Source: Eledone cirrhosa (taxonomy: Eukaryota). Taken from it: 64,000 nt of DNA. A program made the translations under genes and the position numbers. Under the pieces are notes generated by a model, which saw only the letters and a program-made list of their open reading frames with translations, made no database searches and was not told where the DNA came from. The number at the start of each line of letters is the position of its first letter. Position 1 is the first letter of the stretch. The DNA lies in the NCBI GenBank assembly GCA_964016885.1, contig OZ024748.1, forward strand, positions 2,294,001 to 2,358,000. Reading direction: 5' to 3'. Shown here in pieces: positions 55,341-64,000 of the stretch.

Positions 55341-56654
55341 GTGTATATATGAAATACAGCTACATTCATAATATATAGAATAGAACTTTATATCACCTTT
55401 CTCTTATATACAGTATCTAGAGAATAGCTTTATATATAACTATATAAAGGCTACATTTATATCTAGAGAGTAAGTTATAAACAAGAAGTATTTGTATATA
55501 CAGTAAAGAACAAGTTTCTTGTTTGTATATAGAATGCAGGTTCTTATAGACAGAAGAGTATATACAGTTAGCTCCGTTCTGTACTTATACACACTGTTTC
55601 TTGAATGAGATATATGTGTATATTGTCAGCGAAAACTGTTTATATATACCACAAATAGTTAGCTCTCTTGTTTCTTGGAGGAAATAATAAAGGTAGAGAA
55701 GTTTCCTGGTGCTATTCCCTTAAAAAGTTATATATACGGAAGAGGAATGGAATTACCCTTCTTCCACGAAGGCAGTAGTAGTTTATATGTGCAGAAGAGT
55801 GATTTTATATATAAATGTAGCTTTCTTCCTTAGAACAATAAAAGGAAACTTATAGAAAGTATGTAGATGTTGACAAAAACGTTTTTTCCCCTTCCTTAAA
55901 GGAATGTGTAGAGAAGGTTTAGTTTCGTACCTGTGTCTAATGAAGGCATATAAATGTATGTGCACAGAAGAAATAACAATAAAGCAACAAAGAAAAAGTT
56001 TGTTTAATTCTTTAATTTCACAATTTATTTACCTTTCTTCCAGGATGGAGGTAGTAGCGCTTCTTCGAAATAGAAAACAGGTTAGGTTTATGTGGAGAGT
56101 GGTGTTTACTTTCTTACAGGAGGTGTCAAGAGAAGGTTTATATAGAGGGGATAGCTGTGTAGGTACAGCTAAAAAACAACTCCAGCTAATTTCCTAGAAA
56201 GTGTGTAGATGGGGCAGCGAGCAAAAAAATTAAGGTGCTAGTAAGTAGGAGAGATAGGGCCCTTAATTCTTTACGTGTGATGGTAGGAGGGAAATGAAAC
56301 TACCATGCTTCGTTGGATGTTAAAGAAATATAATAAAATGTATATATATACTGGGGTTTTTTCTACGTGTGTGTGTCTAGTGAAGAACGTGTAATTATTT
56401 CTATTTACAGAAGATATTAAAATGTATTTTGGTGTCCAAGAATATCTAGAAACGAATTTAAAACACCGTATGTAAGTATATCTCTAAAGAGGACAGCTTC
56501 TTCCTGTATACAGTAATATGTATTTCTATGTCTCAAGAATATCTATGAGAGCTTAGAGAACATTGCATTGTTTACAAGAGAGAGTGTGTATAATGGAGAA
56601 CTTTATGAGGTATATTTCTAACAGGAATGTGTGTGTATAAGATTTAGTTTAGTT

Positions 56655-57866
56655 TCCTATATAAAGTTTTAGTTATGATTCTTAAAATATCTACGCCTAG
56701 AAGAAAGTATATATATAAATAGCTTTATGTGTGTCTCAACACTATCTACAAGAAATTAATTTAAAAGACGTATGTATATCTCTAGAGAGGAGTGGGTTTA
56801 TAAAATATTACATTATTCACTATATACACAGGTGTGTGTATATAGTGAAGCTATATACACAGGTGTGTGTATAGTGAAGAATGTTTATATATTTCTGCGT
56901 CTCAACAATATCTACTATTCTATATTTACACAGAAAGAAAGACACAAGAATACTGTATTATAGATTTATCTGTAAGAAGTTATGTATATACACTTTTATT
57001 TCTAGACATATGTATACATACTTACTAGAATACTGTTTTAATATGCACATTCATATTTTAAAACACCGTATGTATATCTCTATATCTGTATACAGGATAG
57101 TAATATGTATTTTTATGTCTCAAGAATATCAACGGAGTTGATTACAAGAAAGAGTGTATATAATGGAGAACTGTGTGTGTATGTTAACAATGTATTAAAA
57201 CTTTACATACCTCTTTACACAAACGTAAAATCCAAAGTGAACGTCCCGTAAATAGAATGATGTTACCACTTCAATACACTAAAGTGAAATGACAACAAAG
57301 AGAGAAGAGTTCAATAAACAAAGGGCAAATAATTCAATTAACGGGGAGATAACTCTAATCGAATTTTTTAGCAAAAGCTTATGCGAGGGGGACGCAGGCC
57401 AGCATAAAGCCAGCCTGCTAATAGTCCCGGCTGGCCCCCGCAACGATTCGAACTTCAGACACGATAGAGTGGTCAGCCATACATAAGTACGACAGCGAAG
57501 CCAGAAACGCTACGTGCAGCGCCACGCACAAGCCGCAATTCTACTGAGTCAGATAGTCATACTTATGGCTAAACATTTTCTTACTTTTTAAAAAAAAATA
57601 TAGAAACGGAAAGAGCGAGATAACACGACATATTCCGAGTGTTATCTCACTGTCATTCCGTTTCTATATATAACAGGATATATAGCCATTGAAGAACTAC
57701 TGGTATTTTGTACATATATAACAGGGTATATAGCCATTAAGGAACTACAAGTATTTTGTACATATATAATAGGATATACAAGAATAGAAGGGAGTCGACT
57801 TGTCAATATTTTCACCAACTTCAAATAAAGTTTCTCAGACAAGATAGGGAAGAGGGTTACCTTATA
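56655..57866. repeat. Right arm of the ~1.2 kb inverted repeat
   Basis: Reverse complement of 51731-52940 with a few substitutions and small indels. Confidence 0.95.
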
Positions 57867-58404
57867 TTCTACTATATTAACTGAGAAACTCCTAGTATTT
57901 TGTACATCGATTCTTCCTGCTCGACGAGACAGGTGTCATCCTAAGCCAGCGATCTGATAGTATAGTCATGGGTCCAGCTCCTCTGCATCCTCCAGAGATC
58001 TTCCCTGGTGTTATCCAGCCACGTGGGGCCTGCTGCCAGTGCGTCGAACGAGGGTAAGGGCCTGGTAGGGTGATCTGGCGGAGGACATGTTCGTACCAGT
58101 GTGGGCTGATGCACACGCAGCTCTTTCTTAGAAACGTGGTGGTCCTCAAGGCTCTACTATTGAAGCTGTCAACCCCCTTTGTGAGGGGCCACGTTTTGTA
58201 CTATATAGGAGAATGGAGAGGACACATTGTCAAACCTATAACAGTGGAGACTTCTGGTGTTCCCTATTTATTGCTATCAGGGTGAAGTTAGCCACCCGCA
58301 GGAGTGACCCTTACACATTAGAATAACTGTTTCAATGCATCTCCCTCACTAACCTCTGGGATTCAGGATAGTAGAGAGTGTTCTCTCATATTGTAGAGGC
58401 TTGT

Positions 58405-60005
58405 ATCACTGGAGTAGGGGTGGTATATACCACTGGGGTAGTGATGGTATAGGGTGGTATATACTACACTGGGGTAATGGTATATACCACTGGGGTAGTG
58501 ATGGTATATGGTGGTATATACTACACTGGGGTAGTGATGGTATAAGGTGGTATATACTACACTGGAGTAATGGTATATACCACTGGGGTAGTGATTGTAT
58601 AAGGTGATATATACTACACTAGAGTAATGGTATATACCACTGAGGTATTGTGTGATATATACCACTGGGGTAGTGATGGTATTGTGTGATATATACCACT
58701 GGGGTAATGATAGTATTGTGTGATATATACCACTGGGGTAGTGATGGTATTGTGTGATATATACCACTGGGGTAATGATGGTATTGTGTGATATATACCA
58801 CTGGGGTAATGATGGTATTGTGTGATATATACCACTGGGGTAATGATGGTATTGTGTGATATATACCACTGGGGTAATGATAGTATTGTGTGATATATAC
58901 CACTGGGGTAGTGGAGAAAGAGATATATACCACTGGGGTAATGATGGTATTGTGTGATATATACCACTGGGGTAATGATAGTATTGTGTGATATATACCA
59001 CTGGGGTAGTGATGGTATTGTGTGATATATACCACTGGAGTAATGATGGTATTGTGTGATATATACCACTGGGGTAGTGATGGTATTGTGTGATATATAC
59101 CACTGGAGTAATGATGGTATTGTGTGATATATACCACTGGGGTAATGATGGTATTGTGTGATATATACCACTGGGGTAATGATAGTATTGTGTGATATAT
59201 ACCACTGGGGTAGTGGAGAAAGAGATATATACCACTGGGGTAATGATGGTATTGTGTGATATATACCACTGGGGTAGTGATGGTATTGTGTGATATATAC
59301 CACTGGAGTAATGATGGTATTGTGTGATATATACCACTGGGGTAATGATAGTATTGTGTGATATATACCACTGGGGTAGTGATGGTATTGTGTGATATAT
59401 ACCACTGGGGTAGTGATGGTATTGTGTGATATATACCACTGGAGTAATGATGGTATTGTGTGATATATACCACTGGGGTAATGATGGTATTGTGTGATAT
59501 ATACCACTGGAGTAATGATGGTATTGTGTGATATATACCACTGGGGTAATGATGGTATTGTGTGATATATACCACTGGGGTAATGATGGTATTGTGTGAT
59601 ATATACCACTGGAGTAATGATGGTATTGTGTGATATATACCACTGGAGTAATGATGGTATTGTGTGATATATACCACTGGAGTAATGATGGTATTGTGTG
59701 ATATATACCACTGGGGTAATGATAGTATTGTGTGATATATACCACTGGGGTAGTGATGGTATTGTGTGATATATACCACTGGGGTAGTGATGGTATTGTG
59801 TGATATATACCACTGGAGTAATGATGGTATTGTATGATATATACCACTGGGGTAATGATGGTATTGTGTGATATATACCACTGGAGTAATGATGGTATTG
59901 TGTGATATATACCACTGGGGTAATGATGGTATTGTGTGATATATACCACTGGGGTAATGATGGTATTGTGTGATATATACCACTGGGGTAGTGGAGAAAG
60001 AGATA
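58405..60005. repeat. 34-bp minisatellite array, ~1.6 kb
   Basis: Unit GATATATACCACTGG(G/A)GTA(A/G)TGATGGTATTGTGT; three units make the 34-aa period seen in ORFs 58363..60072, 58614..59915 and 58619..59983. Confidence 0.98.
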
Positions 60006-60824
60006 TAAAGGAAGAATTCATCCCAGTATTAGACTGGTACTTTTTTTTCGACCTTGAAAGGATGAAAGGCAAAGTTGACCTCAGCGGGATTTGAACTCAG
60101 GGAGCCGGAACTCATACCATAAAGCATTCTAATAACTCTGCCAATTCGCTGCTTATATATCGACCCTAATAACAACTCCAAAGAAACATCCCGACATCTT
60201 TGTTATCATATTTTTAACAATTAATGTCCAATCTGCTTTATTGTAGCCTGCTAATAAAATACTATTTTCAATATATACCGTTATGCATGGCTGTGAATTG
60301 ACAGAATCAGTAAAGAAAACTGCCAACTTAAATGTCTTGGAATCAAAGTTTGGAAAAGAACAGCAATGATGATAGGCCTGTGAGAGCCAGCCGAGGAAAT
60401 CTCAATATGGCTATACTCAAAGAGGAGTGACAACTGAAACTAAGGATACATCTAGTCACTGCTTAAATAGATGTGAAGTAGTAGTTCTACCTGTGGACTT
60501 TGTGGTAGAGTGATGTAAAGATAGATAGAGAGGTGTAAAGATAGATAGACAGACAGATAGAGAGGTGTAAAGATAGATAGACAGACAATCAAACAGAGAG
60601 ACAGATAGATAGATAGACATACTGACAGATAGACAGACAGACCGATAGATTTTAAATTCATTCTTCAATACCCAGAATCGATAAAATCGATACCAATCAT
60701 GAACTGTAATCGATAGTATTCGTTTAAACTTTCTACACAACAAACCTGTGTCTTCGTATCCAAGACATGACTCCTTAAATATTAAAAAACAAACAAACAA
60801 TAACGAACAGCCATATTACGTTGG

Positions 60825-60850
60825 TGTTTGTTTACAGTTACCATAACAAC
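60825..60850 (+). promoter_or_regulatory. RFX X-box with adjacent forkhead site upstream of the MDH1B-like ATG
   Basis: GTTACC-AT-AACAAC (60837-60850) fits the X-box consensus GTHNYY-AT-RRNAAC; TGTTTAC at 60829-60835; the X-box ends 14 nt before the ATG. Confidence 0.65.
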
Positions 60851-60864
60851 CAGCTGGCGCACTC

Positions 60865-60886
60865 ATGGCGAAATTTGTGATCGCAG
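60865..60886 (+). CDS. MDH1B: First coding exon of a putative malate dehydrogenase 1B (MAKFVIAG...)
   Basis: ctcATGGCGAAATTTGTGATCGCAG|GTAAAC gives MAKFVIA-G, the N-terminus I recall for vertebrate MDH1B. Good start context, canonical donor, locally CpG-retaining. Only 22 nt; further exons not found in the window. Confidence 0.75.
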
Positions 60887-61998
60887 GTAAACATCGGATT
60901 ACATTCTGTTTTACCTGTCCTTTCCACATTTTTATTTATGTATCGTTGTTATTATTTATTATTGTTATTATCATTATTATTTAAAAAAATTACATTTGGT
61001 TCCGTGTTATATATATTACCATTACATAGAGTTTATGCATATATGTGTGTGTGTACATATATATATATACACACACACACACACACGGTGTCCTCCCAAA
61101 AATGTATACATACTTCAACAGCATTCTAATAAATATTACCTATACAGGTAATCAAAGTGTGCATATATTTTGGGGCGCATCCTGTATATTATATATATAT
61201 AAGTAGAAGGGGTATTTAATTTGTTGGAGGTTCGACAAATATAAATGTTTATAACTGATTTAGAGCACTCAACAAATTACTGGAGTAAATATTCAATGAT
61301 ATTAAATAGGGATGAAATTGTAACAACGACGGGAATTTATGTTACAACCCTATATATATATATTATGCTTAGATAGCAGAACGTATGTGTAAAAGAACAG
61401 ACCCGCACTGTGTATTACTTGTTAGCTCAATGTACGAAAACAGCCATTATAGGAAAAGAAAACAAAGAGTGCTTAGCTCCACTACCTAACGGTGCTGAAT
61501 ACTAAATCCCCTCTGAACCTTATTACCATACTTTAAGGGCTACATGGTACTTTTCTATAGGGCACCCTAATGGATGCCTAGTCCTAGTGTAAATTATCTG
61601 CTGGATATTCCTACTTTGACTACTGTAATATTTGCGTGCACTGTGGCTCACCCTCTTTGTCATGGGAGATCATCTAACATTCGACTGTGACCAATGCATG
61701 CTTTCTCTTCTTGTGTTTGTGTGCCCTCATACGCCTCTATGCCTTCATCTCTCTTTTGTTAATTATTTTTTTAATATTTTTGAGTATATATATTTTTTTA
61801 TTGCCTTGACTGATTTCATGTACCTTCACATACATCTATTGCTTGTGTGATTATTTTATTTTACCTTACTTTTCTTTACTTTGACTAACAACCCTATTAT
61901 GTATCATCCCCATTCTCCCTATTATCCTACCATATATCTATTGTTCTTGTGATATAAGTCGGTAGAGTTTATTTTCATTATTGTATTTTTGTTTTCAA

Positions 61999-62045
61999 CG
62001 CTCTGATGAGTCCTGCCCCATGGTATGGATGAAACATTGTCAGCG
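61999..62045 (+). ncRNA. Type I hammerhead ribozyme motif followed by AATAAA
   Basis: CGCU-CUGAUGA-GUCC UGCC ccau GGUA u GGAU-GAAA-CAUUG-UC-AGCG; GUC cleavage triplet and all three stems present; AATAAA at 62046-62051. Confidence 0.8.
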
Positions 62046-64000
62046 AATAAAGATTGATTGATGATATAAGCTCTCTTTGTTTTCTTTTCCTATATATATA
62101 CATTAGTACAGATTCTTCTCGTCGTGTTCACAAGAGTGTCAGTTACAAAGCTTGGCTAGTCATGGTTCCGCCACAGCTGAACACATTGCTATCACATTAA
62201 ACTCTGCCAAGTCCAATGTTGTGCAGTGGTGTTCCAGCAGGGGGCATATCAGGAGGTGCTGAGTAGTCTATGGTTCGATGCTGCATTCACACAATACCCC
62301 CATCCTTTAAATATCCCCATTTTGCAAGATTGATTGTTCTATGGGTTTATATATATATATACTTATATGTATACAACCCTTACCGAGTCCTCTCCGGATT
62401 TTGGTCTTTGTATTTATTATTACCACACACACACATATATGTGTGTGTGTGTGTGTATTGTATTATTGAAATCACTTCTACAGGACTCGAACTGTTTCAT
62501 TCGTAAGGAATCAACACTATGATTTCTTACGAATGAAACGGTTCTACTCATGTAGGGGTCAATTCTATGAATGAATGTACTTATACTCTACTAATGTATT
62601 GAGTACCTTTTTTTTAAAGTGGTCGCCTCCTGATTTATAGTGATCCTGACCCCCCAAAAATTGTATACACTCTTATCAGAATGCTGTTGAAGTGTGTATA
62701 CATTTTTGGGGACACCCTATATATATGTGTGTGTGTGTGTAGTTCTTGGTGGTATATTGTCCCTCATTCGTAGGATATTCAGTTGCATTTTTCTGTCCAT
62801 GATGACAAGACAGACATATGGCAATGACTCTCACATTCTCGTTTATGATCTTGTTTTGCCATGTAATGTCCGGGAGTTTTCGGAGGCATCTTTTTTGTAA
62901 AGTATCAATCTGCTTTTGTGGCGGGATTCTTCCAAATGTCAGCAAAATAGGTTGTTGTTGAGATAACAATTGACCAGAATAATCTCAATTTTGTTTGCGA
63001 TGTGAGCTTCTCTGATTACCATATTGACTGGAGTTGTGTGTGTATGTATATATATATGATGATGATAGCTGCAACTCAATTTCGAGTAATGCCATCGCTT
63101 CATACTTAAGCAAGAGCATCACGGACGTGGCTTCCTGGTCCTGCTAGGGACTTGCCTATGGCCAGCAATACCATGCATCGCAAAAATGTCACATAACACG
63201 CGATGTCTGTGGTTGAAGCTTTTTTAGGTGGGGAAAGGCTTTGCACGGAGCCAATCCCACTCTCTGAACATCGAATGCATTTATCCAAAAAGAAGAACTG
63301 GTCTCCATCATTGGATACAAACGAAGTTGCTGGATTTATATCAGAGTGACTTTCTCCTAGAGAGATGTCTTAATGAAGACTAGGAGTCTCTCGCTCCACA
63401 AAAGGGAGGGGGACTTTACGTGCGGTCTACCTGGTCATTTCTAGTTACTGTGCAGTCTATCTCATCTACAAAAGCTCAACCTAACCCAATAGAGAGGTTA
63501 AGTCATAAAGGGGGAGTTTTGGTTCGCTAATTGTAAGGATAATCGCAACTAATCGACGTTTTTTTCATCTCACTATATTACATATACTGTTTACACTTCA
63601 TTCTTTTTTTCAAGTGGAGGCTTCTAATGTAAACAAGAAAACTAGTTATATCTGCATTAGATTTACCTTAAATCTAATATATGCTGTTTAGCAACAATGT
63701 GGTTCTTCACCAAGTAAACTTATCGACAAGATCCTGTTCGTTGGTAAACAAAGAAGATTCGGGGGGGGGGGGGGTAAAATAGGTAGGGTATTAGGATATT
63801 AGGACAAAATATATACAATAGACCGAATAAAAAATATAAAAATATAAGAATATCTAAAAAATAGGCAAAACGTAAAGCAAGCGAAGGAACGAAAATAGGA
63901 AACCAGACAAAAACAGAACGACATGAATAACATAGGCAAAGGCAGATTAAGCAAGCGAAGTAAAGATCAAAAGTAGGAGAAGCAACTGTAAACTCAACCA

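Noticed and set aside
51731-57866. Endogenous densovirus or Polinton (about 6 kb with long inverted repeats and hairpins)
   Set aside because: No NS1/helicase, capsid, pPolB or integrase ORF is visible, and the hairpin lies ~200 bp inside the arm rather than at its end.
58363-60072. 569-, 454- and 433-aa ORFs on the minus strand
   Set aside because: A stop-free 34-bp unit read in all three frames; the longest ORF starts inside a SINE at a non-ATG codon; no domain content.

Overview
AT-rich, repeat-dense animal genomic DNA. The SINE, MITE and microsatellite landscape looks like an octopus or related coleoid cephalopod (inference). The window holds seven + strand coding exons of a Ca2+-independent synaptotagmin-14/16-type gene (4959-37515; its N-terminal exons were not found). 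It also holds the 22-nt first coding exon of an MDH1B-like gene at 60865, preceded by an RFX X-box and a forkhead site. The rest is intronic or intergenic: tRNA-derived SINEs, RTE-type LINE tails, piggyBac/hAT/Tc1-mariner MITEs, Penelope-like remnants with at least six recognisable minimal hammerhead ribozymes, and several minisatellites. Most notable are (i) an unclassified ~9 kb block (48.65-57.9 kb) with a 1.2 kb near-perfect inverted repeat, three copies of a hairpin plus GC-rich module, and many TTCTTAGAA motifs; (ii) the hammerhead collection; (iii) a 6.7 kb 27-bp intronic array whose unit carries a near-consensus estrogen response element. Almost all long ORFs in the supplied track are repeat artefacts. 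No searches were run; family assignments come from remembered motifs.
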